From the NCBI GenBank assembly GCA_965541585.1, contig CBEUCH010000020.1, positions 1 to 47,584 of the forward strand: DNA of 47,584 bases, read 5' to 3'. The translations under genes and the position numbers were made by a program. The notes under the pieces are model-generated. The model was not told the DNA's origin and searched no databases. It saw nothing but the letters and a program-made list of their open reading frames with translations. Origin of the DNA: an uncultured bacterium. Its GTDB lineage: Bacteria > Zixibacteria > MSB-5A5 > UBA10806. Positions 27,359 to 37,654 of the stretch are shown here, in pieces; position 1 is the stretch's first letter, and each line of letters starts with the position of its first letter.

Positions 27359-28243
27359 ATGCAGGTAGCTGATAAAAAAGCGCTCTCCAAACCAAGCTGG
27401 CTCAAGATAAGGCCTCAGTTCGGAGAGACGTATCGCGAGGTCAAAAATCTTATAGGTGAAATGGATCTCCATACCGTCTGCCAGGAGGCCACCTGCCCCA
27501 ATATGGGAGAATGCTTTTCCGCCAGAACCGCCACCTTCATAATCTTAGGCGATATCTGCACGCGTGGCTGCCGTTTCTGCAATGTTAAGAAGGGGAAGCC
27601 GGTCGATTACGACCTGAGCGAGCCGATAAGGGTGGCCGAAGCCTGCGCAAAATTGAATATGCGATTTGCGGTGATAACATCGGTTACGCGTGATGATCTA
27701 TCTGATGGCGGCGCAGCCATCTTCGCCGAAACCACCCGATTGCTAAGATCCCAAAATCCTGCCTGCGGAGTGGAGCTTCTGATACCCGATTTGATGGGAA
27801 ACACAGATGCTCTGGAAACGATACTCGATGCCGGGCCGGACGTGCTGGCTCATAACCTGGAAACTGTGCCGAGACTCTATCGCAAAGTGCGGCCGAAAGC
27901 AAAATATCAACGATCCCTGGACATCCTGAAGGCTTCGTCGGAATATGGAAACGGGATCGTTGTGAAATCCGGTATGATGGTCGGGTTCGGCGAAACCGAG
28001 GAAGAGATTCTGGATGTCGTAGCCGATGCTGCCGAACATGGTTGCCAGATTATGACTATCGGGCAGTATCTCAGGCCCTCCGAATGGCATCTGCCGGTTA
28101 CCGAATATTATTCTCCCGACAGGTTCCGGAAACTTAAGGAGAGGGGAGAAGCCCTGGGTTTGAAATATATAGAAGCCGGTCCACTTGTAAGAAGCTCATA
28201 TATGGCTCACCGCCAGATAGCTTCTTTTCGCCTTAAGCTGTAA
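27359..28243 (+). CDS. lipA: Lipoyl synthase
   Basis: CQEATCPNMGEC (CX4CX5C), CTRGCRFC radical SAM motif and RSSY. Start 27347 or 27359. Confidence 0.96.
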   Translation: MQVADKKALSKPSWLKIRPQFGETYREVKNLIGEMDLHTVCQEATCPNMGECFSARTATFIILGDICTRGCRFCNVKKGKPVDYDLSEPIRVAEACAKLNMRFAVITSVTRDDLSDGGAAIFAETTRLLRSQNPACGVELLIPDLMGNTDALETILDAGPDVLAHNLETVPRLYRKVRPKAKYQRSLDILKASSEYGNGIVVKSGMMVGFGETEEEILDVVADAAEHGCQIMTIGQYLRPSEWHLPVTEYYSPDRFRKLKERGEALGLKYIEAGPLVRSSYMAHRQIASFRLKL

Positions 28244-28463
28244 ACTGCATTTCACGAAAAAAACGATTTCGTATTTATGCGGATAATAAATGAATAATAT
28301 TTGCAAAAAGCTGCGCCCACTGCTGCAACAATGCATATTGCATTGATAAATAACGAAACGATTCGTTCACTTTTTGTTTAGATTCGCATCCACTGAACGA
28401 TTTTAAGATGTAAATTTTATAGTCCATTTATCAGGAATACCCCGGTCAACCGATATCTTAGAC

Positions 28464-29978
28464 ATGGGAAAGGCGGAAAATATCTTGATTCCCGAGGCAA
28501 TAAAAGAAACGACAACGGCTGAAGCGTGCAATGTGCTCGTCGTCGATGATGAGCCCAATGTATTAGCTATTATACAGGAGATGCTCGAGGATGAAGACTA
28601 TAAGCTGATCTCCGCTTATTCGGTTGCCGAAGCCCGCAGCATTCTTCGTCGTCAAAACATAAATATCATCCTGGCGGATATTTTTCTGGGCGATGGCTCG
28701 GGCGACGAAATAATGGCCGCCTCCAGGAAGGTTCATCCGGAATCTCTGACAATTATTATGACCGGCCGTCCTACTATACAGAACGCTATAAAGATGATGA
28801 AAGAAGGGGCCTACGATTATCTGGCCAAACCGTTTACGCTGGAGGCCCTCAAATTGGCCCTGAAGAGGGCTAATGAGAAGATCAGGCTCGAGCGGGAAAA
28901 TATCAATCTTAAGGAGATGATGTCTTTTTATAAGATCTCCGAGGCGATGGGGTCGACAATTGAGCTGGACGCGCTTTTAAAACTGATACTCGATTCTACC
29001 GTGAAGGAATTCGAGGCGGACGTGGCATCGCTATATTTCGTTCGAAAGAACGGTGGTGACCTTGATCTGAAGGCCACGGTCGGGATCAAGGATGAAGCAA
29101 TTCAAGAATTGGTCTCGGATCATTGCTATTCCTGCAGCCAGAGGACGGTTGAAACGAAATGCCCGATGATCTACAATGATCCGGATCCAGATTACGCAAG
29201 CGAGGACCGTGGCATAAAATCATCGCTCTGCCAGCCACTGATGGCCAGAGGGAAAATACTGGGAGCGCTGGTGGTGGTCAGGACTAAGAATTCGCATCCG
29301 TTCTCGCAAGGGCAATTGACGGGCCTCGGCCTCCTGGCATCGAAGGCAGCCGCGGCGATCGAGAGTTCCAATCTCTATGCAGATCTGAAAGAAACATATA
29401 TCGCGACGGTGGAGGCTCTGGCAAACGCCATAGAGGCCCGGGATACATATACTCGCGGACATACCGAACGCGTCTACATCTTATCGAAAATATTGGCAGA
29501 AGAGCTCGAATGGACTGAAGCCGAGTTGGGGGATCTCAAGATCGGCGGGATACTGCATGATATCGGCAAGATAGGCGTTCCCGATTCGATATTGAATAAA
29601 CCCGGGAGGTTAACTCATGAAGAAATTGAAATAATGAAAACACATCCTGAGAAAGGCGCCCGCATGGTGGAATCGATCCCCTTTCTCAGGCCGGCTCTGC
29701 CGTATATAAAATATCACCACGAGAGGCACGACGGTAACGGTTATCCTTACGGCCTCAAGGGCGATGAGATTCCTCTGCCCGGTAGACTGCTGGCAGTGGT
29801 CGATACGATTGATGCCGTTACATCTGACCGCCCCTACAGAAAAGGCCGGCCGCTGGCAGAGGCAATCGAGGAAATAAAAAATCACTCCGGCACACAGTTC
29901 AATCCGGAGGTTGTGGAAGCCTGCCTGAAAGCCTATTCCAAGGGGAAGCTCGATTTCCTCTTCCAGGAAGATACCTGA
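28464..29978 (+). CDS. Response regulator with receiver, GAF and HD-GYP phosphodiesterase domains
   Basis: VLVVDDE..LADI..MTG..AKPF receiver; GAF-like middle; LHDIGKIG, HHERHDGNGYP, RPYRK and GTQFNP. Confidence 0.92.
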   Translation: MGKAENILIPEAIKETTTAEACNVLVVDDEPNVLAIIQEMLEDEDYKLISAYSVAEARSILRRQNINIILADIFLGDGSGDEIMAASRKVHPESLTIIMTGRPTIQNAIKMMKEGAYDYLAKPFTLEALKLALKRANEKIRLERENINLKEMMSFYKISEAMGSTIELDALLKLILDSTVKEFEADVASLYFVRKNGGDLDLKATVGIKDEAIQELVSDHCYSCSQRTVETKCPMIYNDPDPDYASEDRGIKSSLCQPLMARGKILGALVVVRTKNSHPFSQGQLTGLGLLASKAAAAIESSNLYADLKETYIATVEALANAIEARDTYTRGHTERVYILSKILAEELEWTEAELGDLKIGGILHDIGKIGVPDSILNKPGRLTHEEIEIMKTHPEKGARMVESIPFLRPALPYIKYHHERHDGNGYPYGLKGDEIPLPGRLLAVVDTIDAVTSDRPYRKGRPLAEAIEEIKNHSGTQFNPEVVEACLKAYSKGKLDFLFQEDT

Positions 29979-29980
29979 TA

Positions 29981-30012
29981 AAAAATAAGCCCCGGAGTTG
30001 CCGGGGCTTTTC
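29981..30012. terminator. Bidirectional intrinsic terminator between convergent genes
   Basis: AAGCCCCGG-AGTTG-CCGGGGCTT flanked by an A-tract and a T-tract. Confidence 0.75.
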
Positions 30013-30029
30013 ATAGCTCTGCAAGACTC

Positions 30030-32351
30030 TTATTTCAGCAGAGTCATCCGGTTTGTTTCAGAGTGATCTCCAGCCTTCAGACGATAATAGTATATACCTG
30101 ATGCCACAGTTCTCCCGCTGGAATCGCGACCGTCCCAGACAACATCATGGCTGCCCGCCCGGCGGTAGCCGTCCGCCAGAACCGTTACCTTCTGGCCGAC
30201 AATGTTGAATACCTCCAATGTAACATCGGCAGGCTCCACGAGTGCAAATGAGATCACCGTCTGAGCATTGAACGGATTGGGATAATTCTGGCTCAAAGTA
30301 TTTCTGGTTGGAAGTAATCCGGCATCTTCATCAAGGTCGGTGGGGGAGAGGGTTATATCGGCGCCGGAAAGATCATCGAATGTAACATCAGCCGGGTACC
30401 CGAGCTCACCCTCGCCAAAGATTGAGAAGGCCGAAATTTCATAGGTGCCTATTTCGAGATCGTTCAAGCTGTAATAGCCGTCCGGATCGGCAATCGCCGT
30501 ATAGACGATTTCATCATCGATTGTTGCATATACAATGCTCTCGACCCCGGGTTCGCCATCGAGAGTGATGCTGCCGGCGATATTTCTTATACCCAAAATC
30601 TGCGGGGCAAGTGCGAAATCTATGTTCTCGGCATCCGGGATTACCGGTGTGGCTTCATGAAAGGTCTGAACGTTATCGTAAAACTCTCCAACATGTTCGG
30701 GAGCCTGCGAGAATAACTTAAACGGTATCTCGGGCAAATACTGGAATGCATAGGAACCATCATCGGAGGTGAAGGTGCGTCGCACCACCCAGCGATCATG
30801 CCAGGGGCGGTCATCAAATCCAAAAGCAACAATGATGGCGTTTATAGGCTCGCCGGAGACATCATCGGTGACGGTGCCGGAGATAAAGCCATCAAATGGA
30901 GGCGTAAAGGTTTCCAGGACGATATCGATTCCGGTAACATCCTGTCCATCCTCCACCACGACCGTTTCCGGATACATCCCCGGACTAAATCCCCGCTTAA
31001 ATGCCCGCACGCGGTATTGGCCGGGAATCACCTCGTTGAAAATATAGTCACCGTTTTCATCGGTTCTGATATGGCGCTGGAAAAATCCGTCCAGCCTTCT
31101 GGCTGCAACAACCGCCATCGGGATGGGATTCCCCTCGGTATCGGTTACCGTGCCTGCGATGGAACCAAACTCTATGGCTGTCAGGACGAAATCTATGTTT
31201 TCCGTGAATCCATCCTCTCCCACGAACACGTGCTCCGGGTAGTCCTCGGGGAGATAGCCATGGTGAACGGCCCGCACCGAATATTCGCCGGGAGGGACCA
31301 CGAGCAGATAAGAACCGCCATCGCCCGTCTCCGCCCGACCATGAATCCGATGATGATCAACGTTAACGGCGATGATATAGGCTCCCCCGATCGGTTCTCC
31401 ATCCGAGGCATCGGTTACAGTGCCGGAAAATCCGGTTTCGACCATCGGCGAAAGCGCAATGTCAATTCCCGCAATATCTTCGTCATTTACAACGACGCCC
31501 TCGGGATACTCGTTGGGAAAATAACCTTCTTTATGGGCGACAACATGATAGGTATCCGGTGGCAGACCTTCGATGCTGTAGCCGCCGTTATCCCCACTCC
31601 AGGCTATATGCCTATTCCAATGATCAGAACCCCGGGCGACGACCATCGCTCCCCCGATCACCTCATCCGATTCAGAATCGGTGATTTGGCCGGAGATCGA
31701 GCCGTGCCCGCCGTCGAGACGTTCCAGATGAATGTTGATATGTTCAAAGACGTTGCCATCGACTGGCAGAGTCTCCGGGTAGATACCTTCGCTCCAACCG
31801 GCCTTGGTTGCGGAGACAACATAATCTCCGGGTGGAAGCTGTGGAATGATATAAGAACCGTTCCATAAGGAGAGCACTGTTCGTTCGAATGGATCATCGC
31901 CAATCCTGGCTGCGGTTACATGGGCCATGGGAATGCCATGATCCGTTCCTTCCTCGATAATCCGTCCCGAGATTACGCCACCCTGCTGGAAACCTGCCAG
32001 TATGAAATTGATATCTCCGGCATTGTGGTCTTCCGTGACCGGTACCGGGGCAGCCTCTCCGCGGTGCCTGACATCATCGTACCATTCGGGAATGAAATGT
32101 TCCGCACCTGCTCTTACGTGATAGTCGCCGAAGGGAATTTCAATCGTATAGACCCCTTCCTCATTAGTAATGGCCGAACCGGCAGGATGGCCTGAATCAG
32201 CCGGGAATGCAACCACCATTGCGGATGGAAGAGGTATGTTGCCGTCGTCGCTTTCGGCCAGAATTGTCCCCGATATGGTCCCGTGGTTCTGTCCCCATGC
32301 GGCCGTCGCTGCCAGCAAGACCGCCATAGCCAGTAAAAGATATTTCCTCAT
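30030..32351 (-). CDS. Secreted protein with about seven carboxypeptidase-regulatory-like repeats and a C-terminal T9SS-type-A-like/FlgD-Ig domain
   Basis: Signal peptide (..AWG/Q); repeated G-x-I-S-G-x-V/I-T-D...G-x-Y..G-x-Y-x-V-x-A units; LSQNYPNPFN..VFNIVGQKV..WDGRD..ASGIYYYRL..MTLLK. Confidence 0.85.
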   Translation of the reverse strand: MRKYLLLAMAVLLAATAAWGQNHGTISGTILAESDDGNIPLPSAMVVAFPADSGHPAGSAITNEEGVYTIEIPFGDYHVRAGAEHFIPEWYDDVRHRGEAAPVPVTEDHNAGDINFILAGFQQGGVISGRIIEEGTDHGIPMAHVTAARIGDDPFERTVLSLWNGSYIIPQLPPGDYVVSATKAGWSEGIYPETLPVDGNVFEHINIHLERLDGGHGSISGQITDSESDEVIGGAMVVARGSDHWNRHIAWSGDNGGYSIEGLPPDTYHVVAHKEGYFPNEYPEGVVVNDEDIAGIDIALSPMVETGFSGTVTDASDGEPIGGAYIIAVNVDHHRIHGRAETGDGGSYLLVVPPGEYSVRAVHHGYLPEDYPEHVFVGEDGFTENIDFVLTAIEFGSIAGTVTDTEGNPIPMAVVAARRLDGFFQRHIRTDENGDYIFNEVIPGQYRVRAFKRGFSPGMYPETVVVEDGQDVTGIDIVLETFTPPFDGFISGTVTDDVSGEPINAIIVAFGFDDRPWHDRWVVRRTFTSDDGSYAFQYLPEIPFKLFSQAPEHVGEFYDNVQTFHEATPVIPDAENIDFALAPQILGIRNIAGSITLDGEPGVESIVYATIDDEIVYTAIADPDGYYSLNDLEIGTYEISAFSIFGEGELGYPADVTFDDLSGADITLSPTDLDEDAGLLPTRNTLSQNYPNPFNAQTVISFALVEPADVTLEVFNIVGQKVTVLADGYRRAGSHDVVWDGRDSSGRTVASGIYYYRLKAGDHSETNRMTLLK

Positions 32352-32660
32352 CTCATGACCTCCTCTAACCCATTATCAATTAGCAGATCAATCTCTTTCG
32401 ATTCTTTCGACACTGGAATGATATGAAAGTTTAATTGCAATCGCAAATAATATATTGCGTTTGTTGTCATCTGATGAGCGGTACGGCCGGAATAGATCAT
32501 CCCATTCAGAAGGCGCTTCGCGGCCAGAGTTTCAGAATGCAACTTTCTCATAAGCATAAGAGTAATCCCCACCTATGTGAAATTGCCACTTGAATCTTGT
32601 TCGCTATTACATGAGTTGGCGTATCTCCTGAAACGAGGCGCTAATCTGTCGATATTCTAA

Positions 32661-34421
32661 ATGACAATTATGGCTACAAGAATATTTAAAAAACGTATCG
32701 GTGAGCTCCTCCTGGAGGGCGGCGCCATAACCCGGGACCAGCTGGATATTGCCCTGCAGCGCCAGAAGAAAACCGGCCAGAGGATTGGCAGCGTCCTGAT
32801 TTCACTGGGGTTGTTAACTGAAGAAAAATTGATGCTGGCCATCGCCAAGAAGCTCGATATCCCGCATGTTAACTTGAGGGATATGGTTATCGATCGGGAT
32901 ATCGCAGGAGTTATATCCGCCGATCTTGCACGAAAGCATCTTCTTATACCGATCTTCAAAATTAATAAGGTCCTGACCGTGGCCATGTACGATCCACTGG
33001 ACTTCATTGCCCTCGATGAATTGGCCTATCAAACGAAACTGGAGATCAAACGTGTTGTCGCTGCAAAATCGCAGATCGAATCCGCTATAGAGAGCAGCTA
33101 TTCCATAGACGAAGCAGTTGGCCGGGCGGTCGAAGATATTAGGACCGATAATGTCGCGATAACCGTCGATGACGTAGACTCGGATCTTCAGGGAGATATC
33201 TCCAGCGATATGCCCGTGGTCAAACTGGTGAATGTAATAGTTGCTCGAGCCATCATCATGAGAGCCTCAGATATACATCTGGATCCGGATGAAAACGGAC
33301 TGAGAGTTCGGTTCAGAATTGACGGTCTGATGAAAGACGTCTCCTTGCTGCCAAGGGCATTGATTGCAGGCGTGGTTTCTAGAATAAAAGTGATGTCGAA
33401 TATGGATGTCTCGGAGAAACGGCTTCCTCAGGATGGCAGGTTTCAGGCCAGATTTAAGAAGTCACTGGTCGATTTCAGAATATCGTCGCTTCCCACTGCT
33501 TTCGGCGAAAAAATTGCGGTCCGTATCCTGGATAAAACGGGGCTTATAATCGATCTGCATAAGATGGGATTTCCAGACGAAAACCTCAAGATGTGGATGG
33601 AATTGATCTCTCGCCCTGAGGGTTTGTTATTGATCACCGGCCCCACGGGATCCGGGAAAACCACTACTCTCTATGCCACCCTATCTAAAATAAGTACCCC
33701 GGAGAAAAGCATCGTTACAGTTGAAGATCCTATAGAGTATAATCTTCCGGCTATAACTCAGATTCAGCTTAACGAGAAGGCAGGATTGACCTTCGCAACG
33801 TCCTTAAGGTCTATTGTCAGGCAAAATCCGGATATATTGATGGTAGGAGAAGTAAGGGATCTGGCAACCGCCGAGATAGCCATCAGGGCGTCCATGACAG
33901 GCCATCTGGTGCTCTCAACTCTGCATACTTCGGACGCTCCCGTTGCCCTGAATAGATTGATCGATATGGGTATCGAGCCATATCTCGTTTCAAGCGCCGT
34001 TTCGTGTGTATTGGCTCAAAGGCTGGTCAGGACTCTGTGCGCCGATTGCAAGACGGAGGTGAAGGATATCGATTCTGCCACCGGTAGGCTTTTGGAGAAA
34101 CATGGCCTTCCGCAGAAAATCTTCCAGGCAAATGGTTGCCCCAATTGTATCTTCCAGGGTTATGCAGGCAGGACTTCCATTAATGAACTTCTGATTATGG
34201 GGCCTGAGCTGAAAAATATGGTTAATCTAAAAATGCCCCATGCGAGACTAAGACAGAAAGCTCTGAAGCTCGGTATGAGATCATTGAGGGCTCATGGCCT
34301 GGCTAAAGTAGTCAATGGGGTAACAACCATCGAAGAGGTCATGAGAGTAACCCATGACGATGATCTTTTGCAGGCCAGCGTAGCCGAAAAAGAGGAATCT
34401 CTGAGTGACCACCAGGTATAA
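32661..34421 (+). CDS. pilB: PilB/GspE/MshE assembly ATPase with an N-terminal MshEN domain
   Basis: ASDIH, RLPQDG, GPTGSGKTT, TVEDPIE, VGEVRD, TGHLVLSTLH and the tetra-Cys motif; N-terminal RIGELL..G..QLDIALQRQ..RIG repeat. Confidence 0.93.
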   Translation: MTIMATRIFKKRIGELLLEGGAITRDQLDIALQRQKKTGQRIGSVLISLGLLTEEKLMLAIAKKLDIPHVNLRDMVIDRDIAGVISADLARKHLLIPIFKINKVLTVAMYDPLDFIALDELAYQTKLEIKRVVAAKSQIESAIESSYSIDEAVGRAVEDIRTDNVAITVDDVDSDLQGDISSDMPVVKLVNVIVARAIIMRASDIHLDPDENGLRVRFRIDGLMKDVSLLPRALIAGVVSRIKVMSNMDVSEKRLPQDGRFQARFKKSLVDFRISSLPTAFGEKIAVRILDKTGLIIDLHKMGFPDENLKMWMELISRPEGLLLITGPTGSGKTTTLYATLSKISTPEKSIVTVEDPIEYNLPAITQIQLNEKAGLTFATSLRSIVRQNPDILMVGEVRDLATAEIAIRASMTGHLVLSTLHTSDAPVALNRLIDMGIEPYLVSSAVSCVLAQRLVRTLCADCKTEVKDIDSATGRLLEKHGLPQKIFQANGCPNCIFQGYAGRTSINELLIMGPELKNMVNLKMPHARLRQKALKLGMRSLRAHGLAKVVNGVTTIEEVMRVTHDDDLLQASVAEKEESLSDHQV

Positions 34422-35619
34422 ATATGTAGCCATATCGCCGGATGGCAAGAAATCGAGAGGTATCATCGAGGCCGATAGCGGCCAAACGGCAAAGTCAATA
34501 GTTGATTCGCGGGGATTGTTGCCGGTTTCGGTTCAGAAGCTGGGCGGTAGAGGCAGTGATCTTCGTTTATTATTCAGATCCTCGGTGAAACATGAAGATC
34601 TGATAATCTTTACCAGAAAACTCCTGACGCTGAATCGCGCCGGTATCCCCCTTTTGCGTTCTCTCGGCATTATCGCAGCCGATATGGACAATCTAAAATT
34701 ATCAGACGTAGTCCAGAGCGTCAGGAAATCCATCGAGGGTGGAGCCAGCTTCTCTCAAGCTCTGGAGAGTCATGCCGGATACTTCCCGGGGCTTTATATA
34801 AGCACCATAAAGGCTGGCGAGGAATCCGGAACCATGGACATCATGCTGGCGAGGGCCCTGGAATTGATGGAGAGGGAGGAAAAAATCAAGCAGGGTGTCA
34901 GGGAAGCTGTCCGTTACCCCATATTCGTGATGTTTGCGATGGCGTTGGCATTTATTGTCGTCATCACCTTCGTCATTCCGAAATTTGCGGGGATGTATTC
35001 CTCTTACGGTGCAGATCTTCCCTGGGCAACCAGGCTTTTGATCACTGTCAATTATATATTCTCTAATTACTGGCCTTTCCTGATAATCGTTTTACCGGCG
35101 CTGGTTACCATAATCTGGAGAATGCGCCTAACCCCGTGGGGGAAGAAAGGTTTCGATTATGCAATACTCTCGATCCCGCTGATGGGTGCGGTGATTATCA
35201 AGACTATTCTTTCCAGATTTTGTAATATTCTATCCACCTTACTCTCCGCAGGAATTCCTCTGTCACAGGCCATGGGGATTTTGCGGACCTCCATTGACAA
35301 CCACCATTTTTCTAAGGTCATAGAGCAGATGGCCGACAATCTATTGGGAGGACGTGATTTGGTGCAACCAATGCGGGATTCGAAATACTTCGGTTCCATG
35401 GTTGTCCAGATGTTCTCTATAGGGCTTGAATCAGGGTCGCTGGAAACCCTACTCTCCGAGACGGCCCGGCATTATGACGCTGAGATCGAGCATGATACGA
35501 AAAAGCTTACCGGTCGGATAGAACCGATCCTGACCGTCCTGATCGCGGCGGCCGTATTGATCCTGGCGCTGGCGATATTTATGCCGATGTGGAATTTGAT
35601 AAGTGTATTTAAAAAATAA
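34405..35619 (+). CDS. pilC: PilC/GspF inner-membrane platform protein
   Basis: AGIPL, AGEESG, YP followed by a TM helix, IEP..AIFMPM. Confidence 0.93.
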   Translation: MTTRYKYVAISPDGKKSRGIIEADSGQTAKSIVDSRGLLPVSVQKLGGRGSDLRLLFRSSVKHEDLIIFTRKLLTLNRAGIPLLRSLGIIAADMDNLKLSDVVQSVRKSIEGGASFSQALESHAGYFPGLYISTIKAGEESGTMDIMLARALELMEREEKIKQGVREAVRYPIFVMFAMALAFIVVITFVIPKFAGMYSSYGADLPWATRLLITVNYIFSNYWPFLIIVLPALVTIIWRMRLTPWGKKGFDYAILSIPLMGAVIIKTILSRFCNILSTLLSAGIPLSQAMGILRTSIDNHHFSKVIEQMADNLLGGRDLVQPMRDSKYFGSMVVQMFSIGLESGSLETLLSETARHYDAEIEHDTKKLTGRIEPILTVLIAAAVLILALAIFMPMWNLISVFKK

Positions 35620-35646
35620 ACTGGCCAATAATTCAGGGGGAAAACC

Positions 35647-36072
35647 ATGAGAATGTTTAGTAAAGAAAAGGGATTCACGCTTATCGAACTGGTGATCATA
35701 ATCGTGGTCCTCGGAATTCTTGCCTCGGTGGCTATACCGAAATACAAAAGTATAGTAGCAGAGGCCAAAGAAGCCGCCGCAAAGGGCTCACTGGGCAGCC
35801 TGAGGTCGGGTATCAGCATCTACTATGCCAATGAAGCGGTCACCACAGGTACGGCAACCTGGCCGCCTATAGATAGCCTGAGAACGATCGGCGTGGTCAT
35901 GGAGCACGCTCTGCCCTCTAATCCCTATCAGTTGCCGGCAAATGCACCCGATTCCGTAGTTACGGGAGTTACCAAGGGTACTATTGTAGGCACCCGCGGC
36001 GGTTGGGCTTATCTGGAATCGACCGGCGAGACTTGGCCGAATACCAATACCGTCGGCGAAAACAACTGGTAG
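35647..36072 (+). CDS. Type IV pilin (likely major pilin)
   Basis: Class III signal KG/FTLIELVIIIVVLGILASVAIPKY. Confidence 0.88.
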   Translation: MRMFSKEKGFTLIELVIIIVVLGILASVAIPKYKSIVAEAKEAAAKGSLGSLRSGISIYYANEAVTTGTATWPPIDSLRTIGVVMEHALPSNPYQLPANAPDSVVTGVTKGTIVGTRGGWAYLESTGETWPNTNTVGENNW

Positions 36073-36081
36073 AATTAAGCT

Positions 36082-36528
36082 ATGAAGACTTTCTTGAAGC
36101 CCGGGATCACGGATGATTCCGGGTTTACTCTTATCGAGCTGGTAATAGTGATCGTCATACTGGGAGTTTTGGCATCGGTGGGCATACCTGTAATCGGAAG
36201 CATGATTGGCTCTTCAAGAGAAAACGCCACCAAAGGGGAGCTCCTGCTGTTGAAGACTGCCATCGTCGGCCGGACGGGAGCAGCCGAACTCAGGGGATAC
36301 GAAAACGATGTTAGATCGTTGCCCCCGGATTTGACCGGTTTGGTTTCAAAACCTGCAGGTGTTGCAAACTGGGACAGGTTTACTCAGACAGGCTGGAATG
36401 GCCCGTATATTAGCTCAAATAATAATGACTATCTCACGGACGCCTGGGGAACGGGCTACATCTATGACGTCGGCGCAAGAACCATTAGAAGCGTCGGAGG
36501 GCAGGATACGATTACTGTCGCTTTTTGA
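36082..36528 (+). CDS. GspG-like pseudopilin
   Basis: SG/FTLIEL; L..LV..P..WNGPYI..DAWG..Y GspG-type motif. Confidence 0.85.
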   Translation: MKTFLKPGITDDSGFTLIELVIVIVILGVLASVGIPVIGSMIGSSRENATKGELLLLKTAIVGRTGAAELRGYENDVRSLPPDLTGLVSKPAGVANWDRFTQTGWNGPYISSNNNDYLTDAWGTGYIYDVGARTIRSVGGQDTITVAF

Positions 36529-36529
36529 T

Positions 36530-37651
36530 ATGGAAAACAGGGGGTACACATTAATTGAACTCATCCTTGTAATCGTCATCATCGGGATTCTCGCCAGCAT
36601 CGCCGTGCAATCGTTGAAAAGCTCCGATGAAAACCAGCGGTTCAAACGAACGGTGGACGAGATGGAGATGCTGGCCAGGGCCGTCGTCGGCGACGACAGG
36701 CTGGTTTCAGGGGGTATCAGAACCGATTTCGGCTATATGGGCGATGTTGGCTCGCTGCCGCCGAATCTCGATGCCCTGGTGGCCAATCCGGGAGGGTATG
36801 CCACCTGGAACGGCCCTTATATTCGCAGCGATTTCATTGAAAACTCCGAGGATTACAAGAGGGATGCCTGGAACGATCCATATACATACGGCGGTTTAAC
36901 GATATCCTCCACCGGCGGGGGAAGTTCCATAACGAAACAGCTTGCCAATTCCAACTCGAGCCTGATATCCAATACTATTTACGGGATCGTCCGTGACCAG
37001 ACCGGTTGCCCTCCCTGGGATAGTGCATCCAATGTGACCATTACTATATACTATCCGGATGGAAGCGGCTCCAATACCAGCTCCACGACCTCGCCCGCAA
37101 GTTCGGGCGAATTCTCCTTTATGAATTCCATCCCGATGGGATTGCATTTAATACGTGGGGTGGTGGCCGGAGTCAATGACACAGCAGCCAAATATATTGC
37201 CGTTAATCCGGCTTCAACGGCATATACCGAATTGCGGTTTCCAGCTTTCCTCTGGGGAACATCGGGTAGCGGCCGTATCGAATATGTCCCCGGATCGGCC
37301 AATACGTCTCCCACCGGCGATCAGGTGGATTTCCAGGTTCGGAATACCGGATCATCCCCGGTTACGGTAACATCGATGATTATCGAATACAGCAGTTCAC
37401 CAACAGCCTATTATCGACAGATAAAATGGAATGGAAGTAACGTCTGGAACCGCCAGAATCCGCGTAACGGGAGCGGAGATGTGGCAACCCTCATAGTCTC
37501 GAAGATCCTGAATCCTTCTGAAACGGTGCAGATTGAAATTGATGCCTGGAAAGAATGTCCGTCGGGTAATTGCGCCGATTATGATATTCACGGAACCGCT
37601 TTTACAATTACGTTTTCAAACGGTGATATTATTACTTTTTCAGCGCCGTAA
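36530..37651 (+). CDS. Large GspG-like minor pilin with extra C-terminal beta domains
   Basis: Start MENRG/YTLIEL at 36530 (the ORF-track extension is rejected); WNGPYI..DAWNDPY; paralog of the next gene plus about 125 extra residues with a Cys pair. Confidence 0.82.
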   Translation: MENRGYTLIELILVIVIIGILASIAVQSLKSSDENQRFKRTVDEMEMLARAVVGDDRLVSGGIRTDFGYMGDVGSLPPNLDALVANPGGYATWNGPYIRSDFIENSEDYKRDAWNDPYTYGGLTISSTGGGSSITKQLANSNSSLISNTIYGIVRDQTGCPPWDSASNVTITIYYPDGSGSNTSSTTSPASSGEFSFMNSIPMGLHLIRGVVAGVNDTAAKYIAVNPASTAYTELRFPAFLWGTSGSGRIEYVPGSANTSPTGDQVDFQVRNTGSSPVTVTSMIIEYSSSPTAYYRQIKWNGSNVWNRQNPRNGSGDVATLIVSKILNPSETVQIEIDAWKECPSGNCADYDIHGTAFTITFSNGDIITFSAP

Positions 37652-37654
37652 CTT

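Noticed and set aside
30798..31868. 356-aa plus-strand ORF
   Set aside because: Antisense shadow of the repeat surface protein.
32352..32660. c-di-GMP riboswitch or sigma54 promoter before the pilus cluster
   Set aside because: No GEMM-like motif recognised; TGGC is present but lacks a correctly spaced TTGC.
36359..36529. 57-aa N-terminal extension of the 430-aa ORF
   Set aside because: It overlaps the upstream pilin, and the prepilin motif places the start at 36530.
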